IMG/VR virus record: IMGVR_UViG_3300045412_000547
Origin: a virus
Length of the DNA: 64,000 nucleotides
Strand: one strand, 5' to 3'
Position 1 is the first letter of the stretch, and the number at the start of each line of letters is the position of its first letter. The translations under genes were made by a program, and so were the position numbers. A model generated the notes under the pieces. The model saw nothing but the letters and a program-made list of their open reading frames with translations, was not told where the DNA came from and searched no databases. Of this stretch, positions 38,928-48,775 are shown one piece after another.

Positions 38928-40634
38928 TTAATTTAATCTCTTCCAGCCTTGGGATTCTAATTCTTGCATATCAGAAATAGCATCAGATTCAGAAGCTGGA
39001 ATAATAATCGGTAAAGGTTTGAAACCAGTACCGTCTTTTTCATTACTGTAAATTGATCCCGGATTAACGAAATATTTTATACCGTAATCTAGAGATCGTA
39101 TTCTTAAAGGTTTTTTATTTGAATCTAACTCTAATATTTCAAAATATTTTTCTGCTAATTCGTTTTCTAAAATTATTAAAGCCCATATTAAACCCATAAC
39201 CCGGTCATCATGCAAATCTGCCCCGGGTTTAGCTGCCCACGTGCCATTGGGATAGCGCACAAAATCTCTTAACTCTTGTAATGTTTTTAGATCACGAATT
39301 TTTACAGAATTTAATTCATTAATCCAATAACGCATATTCATGACACCTTTGTATTTTGTATTTGTGTGAGCACTAATACCTACTTTCTTGAATTCAGATG
39401 TACCTGCTTTCGTTCCGTACGATACAATATTTTCATATCCTAATGTGAACTTAAGTTGATCTACTACTTGTGCTCCACAATTATTTCTTTCGATCATGGC
39501 CAAAGGTGATCCCCAGTGTTTTAATACTTCATGAAGTTTAGAGGTAAAATTATAAGGTGAAGTATGCTTATCGTAATATACAGCTACCTGTTCTATGTTT
39601 TTTAAGTCTGTTATATCGAAAATTTGTACTACGCTGGCAGCCTCTCCTACACCCTCACTAACATCAACTCCTGCTACATATATTAAATCCTGTTTAGGTT
39701 CTGACCATAGAAAATATTTACCTTCGTCGTAAACAAATTTTGGTTCTACACAATCAGTTTTTAGCTTATCGAATACAATATCATTAATTGAACTTTCACC
39801 TGATTGAAAAAACACGTTACCATACTCTTGATCGAATGCCTCTTTACTGCCTATAGATCTTATAGTAAGCTCTTTCCATGATTCATCTCTGCCGGGAACT
39901 TCCCACCAGTCTACTCGTTCAGGCTTCCAGCCGTTTTTCCCCTCCAAGGCTCCTGTATATATTTCGTGAAAAAGGTTTCCAGTACCGTTAGGCGTGCTTG
40001 CAATAAAAATTTTTGATTTTTTAGAACTAGAAATTATAGGGTAAACTGATTTCCAGAATTCTTCTACTAAGTGATTATCAATAAAAGCTAGCTCATCAAG
40101 AATAACACAATTTACGGATTCACCTCTACCAGCGTCGCTACTTGTAGTAGAAATACCAATGCTACTACCGTTGCCTAAAGTCATTGAAGTTTTACCATAC
40201 TCAACTGTTCCAGGTTTTAAATAATTGGGAAGCTGTTCATATGCTATTCTAACTCTTTTAAAAATATTAATAGCTGTCTGTTCTTTATTTGCTACGATAA
40301 GCACTCTTTGATCTTCGTGAAAACAAGCCAACCAAAGAGCATATATGGTCATTAAAGTTGTTTTACCAATTTGACGAGATGCAAGTAAAATACAAAAACG
40401 GTTATCTCTTAAAGATCTAAGTACTCTTTTTTGACATGGAAATAGTTCTATCTTTATTTTACCTTGATCGAGATTTACTATATAAAAAAAGTTCTCTGCA
40501 AAATAAAGTATATTCTTTGTACATTTTCGTATATCCTTGATCCACTGAGGATTAGATGCATAATCAAACGTTGCGTCTGGTCGTGGTAAATTTGAATTTC
40601 CTAGATAAAATTGTTTTTCATTTTTTTGAAGCAT
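38928..40634 (-). CDS. gp17: Terminase large subunit
   Basis: ASRQIGKTT Walker A, ILDELAF Walker B, STPNG, GVDVSEG, ERNN.G, HDDRVM. Confidence 0.97.
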   Translation of the reverse strand: MLQKNEKQFYLGNSNLPRPDATFDYASNPQWIKDIRKCTKNILYFAENFFYIVNLDQGKIKIELFPCQKRVLRSLRDNRFCILLASRQIGKTTLMTIYALWLACFHEDQRVLIVANKEQTAINIFKRVRIAYEQLPNYLKPGTVEYGKTSMTLGNGSSIGISTTSSDAGRGESVNCVILDELAFIDNHLVEEFWKSVYPIISSSKKSKIFIASTPNGTGNLFHEIYTGALEGKNGWKPERVDWWEVPGRDESWKELTIRSIGSKEAFDQEYGNVFFQSGESSINDIVFDKLKTDCVEPKFVYDEGKYFLWSEPKQDLIYVAGVDVSEGVGEAASVVQIFDITDLKNIEQVAVYYDKHTSPYNFTSKLHEVLKHWGSPLAMIERNNCGAQVVDQLKFTLGYENIVSYGTKAGTSEFKKVGISAHTNTKYKGVMNMRYWINELNSVKIRDLKTLQELRDFVRYPNGTWAAKPGADLHDDRVMGLIWALIILENELAEKYFEILELDSNKKPLRIRSLDYGIKYFVNPGSIYSNEKDGTGFKPLPIIIPASESDAISDMQELESQGWKRLN

Positions 40635-40639
40635 ATAGA

Positions 40640-40647
40640 TATAAATA
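40640..40647 (+). promoter_or_regulatory. Late promoter TATAAATA
   Basis: 5 nt before GTG 40653. Confidence 0.8.
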
Positions 40648-40652
40648 TTTAA

Positions 40653-41492
40653 GTGAATAACGCAAAGACACTAGTAGATATAGGGTTATTGTATGAAAAA
40701 ACAGTATCTAAAAATAAGCTGTCTACATTTAAAAAGGCAGAAGATAAGAAATTAACCGATGCAAAAGCTGATCCTAAGGCTTTTATAAAAAATACGGGTC
40801 CGGAGAGTTCGCAGAATTTTGACAAAAATGCATTAGTAGACCCTGAGCATGATACTAAAGAAGATAATCACTTCGAGCCTAAAAAATATTCACAAAATTT
40901 AGAAAAAACAGAAGTAAAAAGAATAAATAATTTTATGAATAATAAGTCTATTTTTGATAAGCTTTACGAGGAAGTTCTCGGCGGTGAGCCGACAGTTAAA
41001 GACGATATGGCTGATGCGGAGGCATTAGATATAGATATTAATAAAGACGAAGAAGGCGGTGAAGTAAGCTTCACATTACCTCGCGATGTTGCTCAGCAAC
41101 TTTGTGATGTTCTTCATTCTGCTTTAGGTAGCGGAGAAGAAGATCATGGTGGTGAAGAAGATTTAGGCGGTGAATCAGAAGATCTCGGTGGTCTTAAGCC
41201 CAGCGAAGCAAATGAAGAAGCCGACGACGAGAAAGAAGAATGTGCTCATAAAGAAGCTACTGAAATGACAGAGCTTAAGCCTTCTGCTGGTGAATCGTTA
41301 ACTAAGAAAGATAATAAAGTACATGGTACAGTTACTAACTTGGTTGCTAAAGGTCATGGTGATGGTAAGGTTACTGACAAAGTAGGTAATGACGGTAACT
41401 TGGCGGATAGCAAAGGAAAATCGCTTACTGGTAAGAGCAATAAAGTTGCTGGTAAAGCATCCAATGTCGGGGCTTATATATATCAAAAGTAA
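40653..41492 (+). CDS. Acidic late protein, possibly a prohead core/internal protein, with a probable nested in-frame start at 40935
   Basis: TATAAATA-N5-GTG start; E/D-rich middle; followed by a terminator. Confidence 0.5.
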   Translation: MNNAKTLVDIGLLYEKTVSKNKLSTFKKAEDKKLTDAKADPKAFIKNTGPESSQNFDKNALVDPEHDTKEDNHFEPKKYSQNLEKTEVKRINNFMNNKSIFDKLYEEVLGGEPTVKDDMADAEALDIDINKDEEGGEVSFTLPRDVAQQLCDVLHSALGSGEEDHGGEEDLGGESEDLGGLKPSEANEEADDEKEECAHKEATEMTELKPSAGESLTKKDNKVHGTVTNLVAKGHGDGKVTDKVGNDGNLADSKGKSLTGKSNKVAGKASNVGAYIYQK

Positions 41493-41512
41493 TATAATAT
41501 AGATTATAAATG

Positions 41513-41544
41513 AAAGAGCCTGACGTAAGTTAGGCTCTTTTTTT
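41513..41544 (+). terminator. Rho-independent terminator
   Basis: AAAGAGCCTGAC-GTAA-GTTAGGCTCTTT hairpin followed by a T-run. Confidence 0.85.
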
Positions 41545-41558
41545 GCTTAAATATATTT

Positions 41559-41948
41559 GTGATGACTTTTCTTGAATTTATTAAAACTGGAGTAGAACAT
41601 CGCCATATGAAGGATGTTGTACCGGATCCTTCTTCTCATTCTCAATCTCCTGGAAAAACTGTTCCAGATTATGTTAGATCTAAAAAAACAAATTCTAAAT
41701 TAGAAGCTATTAAAAACATGGAAGTAGGCAGATCTGTTTATCTTACACCTTTAGATGTTAAAGAGATTGAAGGTTTGTTTCCTACAAAAGCAGATTTTGG
41801 AAAAGAATATTTTAGTAGTAATTTTAAATCAGAGATTAAAGATATAGGCAAGCCAAGTGAAAAAGACGGTACACGAATTATTCTTAGTTTCGATCAAACA
41901 TCTAAAAGATATAAATTAACAAAAATAAGGGGTGTTAAAAATGTCTAA
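41559..41948 (+). CDS. Hypothetical late protein
   Basis: TAAATA-N5-GTG; N-terminus MTFLEFI. Confidence 0.55.
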   Translation: MMTFLEFIKTGVEHRHMKDVVPDPSSHSQSPGKTVPDYVRSKKTNSKLEAIKNMEVGRSVYLTPLDVKEIEGLFPTKADFGKEYFSSNFKSEIKDIGKPSEKDGTRIILSFDQTSKRYKLTKIRGVKNV

Positions 41949-42660
41949 CGATTTTTATACAGGTATGAACGGTATACAGGTATACCCTGGTATAGATCCA
42001 GTTAATCAATGTTTTAGTTTTACGGATAAAACACAAAACGAATGTGAAAGATTAATATATTCAAATTATTGGCAAGAGCAAATAAATTTATATGGGCAAA
42101 AAGTACTGTATTATGTTAATAGTTTTAATTTATCTGCTTCTGATAATTTATATGGAGAGCACCCTACACAAAAATACCAAGAACCTAAGTTTTTAAAAAT
42201 AGCAGTTAATTTAAATGAAAATGCTTTAATGCTTAGTAAATATGGCCTATTGTCAGAGGATGAAGTAACAGCATTTGTCCATATAACCTCTTTTTACACT
42301 GTGTTTGGCCGTTATTCAGAACCTAAATCAGGTGATTTATTCCAACTCTATGAATATGGATTAGATCGTCCAGGTGGTAGAAATGGGCGGTTTTATGAAA
42401 TAACAGAGAGATTAGATCAAGATATTGCTCAAATTAATCCTCTTGCAGGTCACTATGTATGGTTGATAAAAGCTAAGAGATTTGAATATTCATTCGAACC
42501 AGGTCTATCAGGAGGCGAGACAGTCAACGATCAGATTTTTGATGATACGAAAAATAATACGGTTTCAGGTGCTAATAAACCTTATGAATATAGTGATGAT
42601 TCGCAAAATATATTTGATTATTCAACAAAAAATTACGATAACGTTTACGGTGGGTACTAA
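41941..42660 (+). CDS. gp14: Neck/head completion protein (T4 gp14-like)
   Basis: EQINLYG..V.Y..DNLYGE.P...Y..LSKYGL...DE...F..PKSGDL; ATG 41941 preferred over the track start. Confidence 0.8.
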   Translation: MSNDFYTGMNGIQVYPGIDPVNQCFSFTDKTQNECERLIYSNYWQEQINLYGQKVLYYVNSFNLSASDNLYGEHPTQKYQEPKFLKIAVNLNENALMLSKYGLLSEDEVTAFVHITSFYTVFGRYSEPKSGDLFQLYEYGLDRPGGRNGRFYEITERLDQDIAQINPLAGHYVWLIKAKRFEYSFEPGLSGGETVNDQIFDDTKNNTVSGANKPYEYSDDSQNIFDYSTKNYDNVYGGY

Positions 42661-42920
42661 GCTTGTATTAGTTCATTTCTAAAAGAAGCGATTAAAATAT
42701 CTGCCTCTCGTGCACTGTTAAAGGACAGTTCTAATATTTTACCAGTATTTTCTCTTAACTTATAAACAAGTTTATCTTCTTCTTTTCTGATATTTATAAT
42801 AACATAATTACACCCTGCATTAAGTTGTCTTTCATAACGCGTACTAGAAGCGTTATTGCTGTCTAAAACAATATTTTTTTTTCTGCCTACTGTAAAATTG
42901 GTTCCGACAATGTAGTGCAT
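42657..42920 (-). CDS. Hypothetical protein
   Basis: ORF in a tightly packed operon. Confidence 0.5.
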   Translation of the reverse strand: MHYIVGTNFTVGRKKNIVLDSNNASSTRYERQLNAGCNYVIINIRKEEDKLVYKLRENTGKILELSFNSAREADILIASFRNELIQA

Positions 42921-43213
42921 ATGTTATTACTTATTTCAACTGTAGGAAATGTCGCGGTATAAGTATTTTTTTCAAGATTCGATATCTCTTCAATCATAGT
43001 ATCGAATCTTTCATCTATGTATTTTTGAAATGAAAGGGGTTTAATCCATTCACTAGTTTTTTCCATATCTTGTTTAAGTTGCTTAGCTTTCACTGTAATA
43101 TGATCTAAAGCCTCTATAAGACATAACCATCGACTATACTCGTGTAAGGTTAAATTATATTCTTTATCGCTAGATTTAATTTGAATATATTTTTTTGAAT
43201 GTTCCTGTTGCAT
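42887..43213 (-). CDS. Hypothetical protein
   Basis: ORF in a tightly packed operon. Confidence 0.5.
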   Translation of the reverse strand: MQQEHSKKYIQIKSSDKEYNLTLHEYSRWLCLIEALDHITVKAKQLKQDMEKTSEWIKPLSFQKYIDERFDTMIEEISNLEKNTYTATFPTVEISNNICTTLSEPILQ

Positions 43214-43643
43214 ATCCTAATATTATAATAATAATTTCCTTAGGTTCAAGTATTACTTGTTTTTTTCCTAAAAAATCTAATAAATCACAAAAAACTTCTG
43301 ATTGAGAAGAAAAAATTCTAAAATAATTCCTACAAAAATCGAGAATATCGTGTTTTTTTTCCTCTTCAATCGATGAATTTTTTACCTTATCTAAAATATA
43401 ATCTAGTAAAAGGGATAAGGTATTTTTTATTAGATCTTTTGAATTTAAAATATCGCACTTGTAATAATAATAACTATTTTCTAAAAGCTTGTTAAGAACA
43501 TTATCATTTAAATTTAGTCTTAAAAAATCGTAAATTTCTTTTGGATCTCTTTTTATTATTTCTGTAACCGGTACGAACGGGTCAGCTAATTTAGCGTCAA
43601 TTAGAGAATTTATTGAATTAGGCACGATCGCTTTCCGGAACAT
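43176..43643 (-). CDS. Hypothetical protein
   Basis: ORF in a tightly packed operon. Confidence 0.5.
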   Translation of the reverse strand: MFRKAIVPNSINSLIDAKLADPFVPVTEIIKRDPKEIYDFLRLNLNDNVLNKLLENSYYYYKCDILNSKDLIKNTLSLLLDYILDKVKNSSIEEEKKHDILDFCRNYFRIFSSQSEVFCDLLDFLGKKQVILEPKEIIIIILGYATGTFKKIYSN

Positions 43644-44055
43644 AACTATCTACTATAGTTTTTAATGCCTCTTTAGTATTATCTATAGGTTGTGTTGTAA
43701 TAGCTGTAGACACATCTATGTAAACAGCTATTTCTTTTTTACACTCTTGACATAAGTATAAATTATCTGTGTTAAGACGAATGGGAACGAATGATTTAAT
43801 TTTTTTATAACAAGGGCATGTTACTTCTGAACCTTGATAAGAAAATTCCTTTATTCTTTCATTTTCTAGCTTTTTATTTTTAAGATTTACATAGATGGTC
43901 AGGATGTTGCTGTAGATATTAAAAATTAAAAACTGTAATGCTAGTCCCAAAAATAACCCTACCCAAAAATTAATACCAAGTTCATCACAAACAAATCCTG
44001 CTAGAACAGAAACAAAAATTAAAATAGTAGTCTGAATAAAAGGTCTCAAGTTCAC
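43618..44055 (-). CDS. Membrane protein with two N-terminal TM helices and a CPC..CxxC zinc ribbon
   Basis: Hydrophobic residues 6-55; VTCPC and YLCQECKK; early-type promoter upstream. Confidence 0.6.
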   Translation of the reverse strand: MNLRPFIQTTILIFVSVLAGFVCDELGINFWVGLFLGLALQFLIFNIYSNILTIYVNLKNKKLENERIKEFSYQGSEVTCPCYKKIKSFVPIRLNTDNLYLCQECKKEIAVYIDVSTAITTQPIDNTKEALKTIVDSYVPESDRA

Positions 44056-44059
44056 AATT

Positions 44060-44087
44060 ATTTTATAAGAACAAAGAAACTAATCAA
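44060..44087 (-). promoter_or_regulatory. Early/middle sigma70-like promoter
   Basis: TTGATT-N16-TAAAAT-N4-GTG. Confidence 0.6.
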
Positions 44088-44454
44088 TAATTTTATCTAA
44101 GCCATTACCAATATACTTAACTGTGTCTACTATAGCTCTCAGTTTTTGAATAGCATCTTGTACTTCATGCTTTGCTTTAGTATTTTCTGATACAAGAGGG
44201 AAATTTAATGCAGTTTCAAAGAGCTGTAAAGCATTTGATGCATCTACATAAATTTGTCCTAAAGAATCTGTAACTGTTGTTAGTGGAAAAGGTAAATTCT
44301 TTCTTAATTTAATTTGATTAGGAAATTGAGACATGGATTTGTTAAACAGGTCTTTAAGTGTAACTTGTTGTGCAGCAATTTCTCTTGCAGCCATACCTGT
44401 TGTCCATTTATTATAATATTCAATAGCATCCTCGAACATTAACTTTTTCTTCAC
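44080..44454 (-). CDS. Hypothetical late protein
   Basis: ATAAATA-N6-GTG; helical. Confidence 0.55.
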   Translation of the reverse strand: MKKKLMFEDAIEYYNKWTTGMAAREIAAQQVTLKDLFNKSMSQFPNQIKLRKNLPFPLTTVTDSLGQIYVDASNALQLFETALNFPLVSENTKAKHEVQDAIQKLRAIVDTVKYIGNGLDKIID

Positions 44455-44487
44455 TAAATATATTTATTCGAGGATAAATAATAATGT

Positions 44488-44907
44488 ATGAGTAATATTT
44501 TTGAAAAACGCTTTTTTAATATTCTAGAAGCAGACACTACAGTAATTCCTACTGATGTCGACAAAACACCAGAATCCGATAGAGAGGCTATGGCACAGAC
44601 TTTAAAATCAACAACTCCTGAGGATTTTGACGTAGAGGTACCACATGGTGGCGGTGAATTAGAAAGAGAAAAAGTACACCAAAAAGCTGAATTAACATCT
44701 TGGATAAGTGAAATAGATAAATTTATAGGTTATTTAAATGGTACAGATAATGGATCGGTTCAATCTAAACTACACGCTGCTAGATGTGATTCTGTATTTG
44801 AAGATGTAGCAAGAAGTGAAAAGAAAAAGATAGCTAGAATCGCTGCAGAGCTTAGTTCATTAAGCGAAGCATTTAAAGGTTATCTAATATCGATGACGTC
44901 TACTTAA
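44488..44907 (+). CDS. Hypothetical late protein, possibly an internal head protein
   Basis: ATAAATA-N7-ATG; N-terminus IFEKRFFNILEAD. Confidence 0.55.
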   Translation: MSNIFEKRFFNILEADTTVIPTDVDKTPESDREAMAQTLKSTTPEDFDVEVPHGGGELEREKVHQKAELTSWISEIDKFIGYLNGTDNGSVQSKLHAARCDSVFEDVARSEKKKIARIAAELSSLSEAFKGYLISMTST

Positions 44908-45925
44908 TTTTAGTTAAAAGCAGCTTTGCTCTAATACCGCTCGCAATATTATCTAAAATAAATGGTGTATCTATTTCGTTTTTACCTAAATCAATACATA
45001 GTTCATTAATATCTTTATAGTTTTTACCGTAATTTTCAGGCCATAAAAAAACCGTCTCATCATTTGAGATAAGCTTTTCAGTTTTCTTCCTACTAGCTTT
45101 ATCAATCCATTGACTATCTAAGACCCAAATTTTTTTCAACAAGTTAAACTCAAATAACTGTCTTTCTTGAAATAGTGAAAGGCTGGTTGACGAATCTTCT
45201 TGAATGCCAGCTACACCCACACCGTTTCTTATAAAAAAAGAATCAATAGGTCCTTCAAAAATAAATATATAATTTAAATCAACATCAATTTGATTTATAT
45301 TAAACAATGATTTTTCTCCCCTAACTTTACTCAAATATCTAGGTTTAAATTTTAAATCACTATCAAAAATAGCTCTAGACTGATAAAAAATTATATTGTT
45401 ATTTTTATCATAAAACGGAAGTATGATTCTATTTTTATGTACTTTATCGTTAAGAGAAATATAGAGTGCACCAGGACGGTTGATTGCTGTATCTAATCTA
45501 CGATTCTTAATAATATCTAATGCTTTTCTAACTACTTTATTATCTTTAAAAAAGGAAATCTGCGACTTATCAAATAAGTTAATGCTGTCTGTAGGTAGAG
45601 ATTCAACTTGCTTAATTGAAGGTTGTAATTCGTCTTTAATTTCAACAGGTATAATATCATAAGAAGAGGCCTCTTTTAAAATTTCTCCAATAGTTAAACC
45701 AGAAACTTCTTGTATCCATTTTACAGGAGAGCCATACCAACCACAATTATGACAACATATAATGTTTTTATTTAAAATATAATAGCAGCGACGTTTCTTT
45801 CCCCAAGAATTACCTTCTCTGCACACAGGGCAACCAGCCTCATATGTTTGTAATAACTTTTTAAACCGCGGGTAACCAGCATACTGATAGTATTTTTGTA
45901 CTATGTACTCTTGAGGTATTTCCAC
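44900..45925 (-). CDS. gp61: DNA primase
   Basis: CPVC..CHNCG zinc finger, RIILPFY, FEGPIDS TOPRIM, KDINE. Confidence 0.93.
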   Translation of the reverse strand: MEIPQEYIVQKYYQYAGYPRFKKLLQTYEAGCPVCREGNSWGKKRRCYYILNKNIICCHNCGWYGSPVKWIQEVSGLTIGEILKEASSYDIIPVEIKDELQPSIKQVESLPTDSINLFDKSQISFFKDNKVVRKALDIIKNRRLDTAINRPGALYISLNDKVHKNRIILPFYDKNNNIIFYQSRAIFDSDLKFKPRYLSKVRGEKSLFNINQIDVDLNYIFIFEGPIDSFFIRNGVGVAGIQEDSSTSLSLFQERQLFEFNLLKKIWVLDSQWIDKASRKKTEKLISNDETVFLWPENYGKNYKDINELCIDLGKNEIDTPFILDNIASGIRAKLLLTKIK

Positions 45926-45928
45926 AAT

Positions 45929-46195
45929 TTAAGGTTTTGGAATAGGTAAGGGTTCAGGTTCAGAAGAACCTGGCTTAGGGTCTGTGTCCGGTGTATGTAT
46001 GTAGGGTTGATTATTAGTAGACTGTTTTATATCTTTTACAGACACTATACCTTTTCGAATAAAAGTACCGCTTGCAGGATCAATATACTCAGCTTCTACA
46101 ACTTCTTTTCCGTTGCGAATATATGTTTTTAAACGAGGGGTAACCGGTTGACCTGATATGGGTGATGTAATTTTTCTAGGTTGTATAAAGTCCAT
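45929..46195 (-). CDS. Hypothetical late protein
   Basis: Perfect TATAAATA-N5-ATG. Confidence 0.55.
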   Translation of the reverse strand: MDFIQPRKITSPISGQPVTPRLKTYIRNGKEVVEAEYIDPASGTFIRKGIVSVKDIKQSTNNQPYIHTPDTDPKPGSSEPEPLPIPKP

Positions 46196-46221
46196 AAAAA
46201 TATTTATAAATAAACTTTAAA

Positions 46222-46518
46222 TTACAATCCATTCTTTTTATATTGACGGAGGCAAATATCATATACTGATCTAGGCAATTTTTGTACAACATCAACTATA
46301 CCGTTTTCGACACCAAAATAAAACTTTTCTTTAGGTATGTGTCTATTAATCATTTTTGGCATTGATAAAAACCCTGCGCTTTCTTTTAAATCTTTGCAAT
46401 AAACCAGCAACTCTCCAAGATAAGTTCCTTTAATTACCGCATAAATGTATCTTGGTCTTGGGTGTATCTTAGAAAAGCTGCTCTTTAAGCGCTGTAATAC
46501 ATTTTTCAGATGAGTCAT
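46222..46518 (-). CDS. Hypothetical protein
   Basis: ORF track only. Confidence 0.45.
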   Translation of the reverse strand: MTHLKNVLQRLKSSFSKIHPRPRYIYAVIKGTYLGELLVYCKDLKESAGFLSMPKMINRHIPKEKFYFGVENGIVDVVQKLPRSVYDICLRQYKKNGL

Positions 46519-47344
46519 AAATGTCTGGTAACTCTAGTCCTATTTTAGATATTTTATCTGTTGATAGCAAGCAATTTGATCGATTTACCTTAAAATTTAA
46601 TTCACTGTAATCTTTAAACTGCCATTTCAAATTTTGCATGCTATTTCTTTTTAAAATATCTACAACCGTTGACGCTTTGATACCACCCTTATTGGTGACA
46701 TTGTAGATACCAGGCCTTATATATTGATAATTCAAAGATATAAATTTATAAATAAAAACACAAAGGTCCTCGACGCATGTACAGCTATTAGGCATGTCAA
46801 TGAGTGTATCGTAATTTAAGATTTTTATAAAATAATTTTTTCTGTTTATCTCACTCGTGAAGGGTATGCGAATTCGTAAAATGCTTGTGTTTACAAAGTT
46901 TGTTATTAATTCAGCTGCATGTTTTGTTTTAGAATAAAAACTACTCTCAGTATCAAACAATCCAAAATTAGGTGTATCTGTCTCGCTATATTCTTTAAGA
47001 TATCCGGTATATATGCAACCGCTAGAAATGGTGATTAATGCAAAGTTGTGTTGAATACAAAAATAATTTAGCAGAGATTGTAGTTTAACGTTATATTCGA
47101 AACATATCTCTTTATTATCCTCACAGCTCTCTACGTTTGGATTACCGGTATAACCTGAGCAATTAATAATAGTAACGTGATTATTTTTTACTGTTGTATT
47201 GATGTATTCTTCTAATTTTTCTAAATTAAAATAGTCACATTCTTTCCTGGAAATATGGTAAACATCTAAATTTTCGTTGTGCAAAAACGAAAAAAGCTTG
47301 TTACCAATAAATCCTTTACCTAGGATTATAATAGAGTCGCGCAC
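46469..47344 (-). CDS. NDP-4-keto-6-deoxyglucose epimerase/reductase (RmlD-like, NRS/ER-type SDR)
   Basis: G.GFIG Rossmann motif, GYTG.PNV..CE, SSGCIY, SFYSKTK (YxxxK), LRIRIP. Confidence 0.85.
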   Translation of the reverse strand: MRDSIIILGKGFIGNKLFSFLHNENLDVYHISRKECDYFNLEKLEEYINTTVKNNHVTIINCSGYTGNPNVESCEDNKEICFEYNVKLQSLLNYFCIQHNFALITISSGCIYTGYLKEYSETDTPNFGLFDTESSFYSKTKHAAELITNFVNTSILRIRIPFTSEINRKNYFIKILNYDTLIDMPNSCTCVEDLCVFIYKFISLNYQYIRPGIYNVTNKGGIKASTVVDILKRNSMQNLKWQFKDYSELNFKVNRSNCLLSTDKISKIGLELPDIYDSSEKCITALKEQLF

Positions 47345-47361
47345 AATAAAACTTATTAAAA

Positions 47362-47688
47362 TTATTCTATATCTCCAGGACCGCCCCGGACATTTTTCAT
47401 GAAAAATTTATTAAGTAATGTAGCAAGAGAATCTGCTTCTTGTTGATTGTGAGCAAATATAAAATTAACGGGCTCGCCATCCATTGTGTAACCTAAGATT
47501 ATAAAAGAATTTAAAAATTCTTGAACTGTATTAACTAACGCTTCGGTGTTTTTCCGGGCAGAGTTGTCTTCTTTTAGCTGATTTTGAATAAAAGCAGCAA
47601 AGGCTTTTCTAGCTAAATCTTTAGTTTCGCTATTATTTGGGTCAAAGTCGTTATTATCCTTTGACTCGTTCTGGTTTGCCTTCTTCAT
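47362..47688 (-). CDS. Hypothetical protein
   Basis: ATAAATA-N6-ATG (second Met). Confidence 0.55.
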   Translation of the reverse strand: MKKANQNESKDNNDFDPNNSETKDLARKAFAAFIQNQLKEDNSARKNTEALVNTVQEFLNSFIILGYTMDGEPVNFIFAHNQQEADSLATLLNKFFMKNVRGGPGDIE

Positions 47689-48040
47689 CATTATTATTTA
47701 TTCTCTTTGATACAAATCTACAGCGACCAGGATAATCCTTGTTACATGACGCACCGTATTTTAACAAATAATCAACTACGGTTTCAATGCTTTCTGTTTT
47801 AAGTGTTAAATTTCTAGGAAATCTATTACCACCATCATTAAATTCAAAGCAAGTAGCGTTATTGTCGCTGCCATCGTTAAAGCATGTGATATAAACAGAC
47901 ACCTCACTTGGGTTTACAAGAACAGTCCATCTTCTAGGATCAGCTTTATTGTAAATAGAAAAAACTTTAAGAACAATAAAGCCGTTATCTTTAAGACGCT
48001 TTATAAAGTAACCCGGTGTTCTAATTTTATTTTTGCTCAT
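47654..48040 (-). CDS. Hypothetical protein
   Basis: Directly abuts gp45. Confidence 0.55.
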   Translation of the reverse strand: MSKNKIRTPGYFIKRLKDNGFIVLKVFSIYNKADPRRWTVLVNPSEVSVYITCFNDGSDNNATCFEFNDGGNRFPRNLTLKTESIETVVDYLLKYGASCNKDYPGRCRFVSKRINNNDEEGKPERVKG

Positions 48041-48775
48041 TTAATTTGCCAGGGCAGATATTACAATTTTATGAGTAGCAAAATTATCAGATATTTCAAG
48101 TAAGACTATACTCATTTTAGAGTGAATTTTAACATTAAAGGTCTTAGCCCTTATGGAAGAGATTATTCTAAAAATTTCAAAATTCAAGGGCATACTATTT
48201 ATTACTGGTGAACCTACATAATCTTCCGTGAGTTTTAAATCAAAAGAGTCAATATTTGGCTTACTTTTATCTGTTAATTCACCGAATACACTATTATTTT
48301 TAAAAGTTAGATAAAGCTTACTAGAATCTATGTTAATAGAACTGGCCTTAATTAAATTAATCAATATAGGTTGAGATATAGAAAAACTACCATCAAATTT
48401 TAAATCATTTAATTTATCTATGTTTAATTTAGGTGTTGAAATAATACCGTCATCAAACAAATGATATTTAAAACGAATATCGTCAGAGCTATAACTTATA
48501 TTATTTGTATTAATTGTAATCTCAAAATCTTTAGATCCGATACATGAAAATAATCTATGTAATTTTTTTAAATCGGGAATATTTAGAGTATGGCTACCTT
48601 TAATTTTATCATCAGAATAAAGAGAATGTACAATTACAGTACTATCACTAGTAGAAAGCAAGGAAGATATATTTTTATCTGCTACAGTTAGAACGGCATT
48701 CTCAGAAACTTTACTAATAAAACCTAAGAAGCTGTCTAAAAAACAATCTTTATTAGAAATCGTAACCGTCATCAA
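48041..48775 (-). CDS. gp45: DNA polymerase sliding clamp (gp45-like)
   Basis: About 244-aa PCNA-like beta-alpha pattern with LNIPDLKKL; lies downstream of gp32. Confidence 0.7.
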   Translation of the reverse strand: MMTVTISNKDCFLDSFLGFISKVSENAVLTVADKNISSLLSTSDSTVIVHSLYSDDKIKGSHTLNIPDLKKLHRLFSCIGSKDFEITINTNNISYSSDDIRFKYHLFDDGIISTPKLNIDKLNDLKFDGSFSISQPILINLIKASSINIDSSKLYLTFKNNSVFGELTDKSKPNIDSFDLKLTEDYVGSPVINSMPLNFEIFRIISSIRAKTFNVKIHSKMSIVLLEISDNFATHKIVISALAN

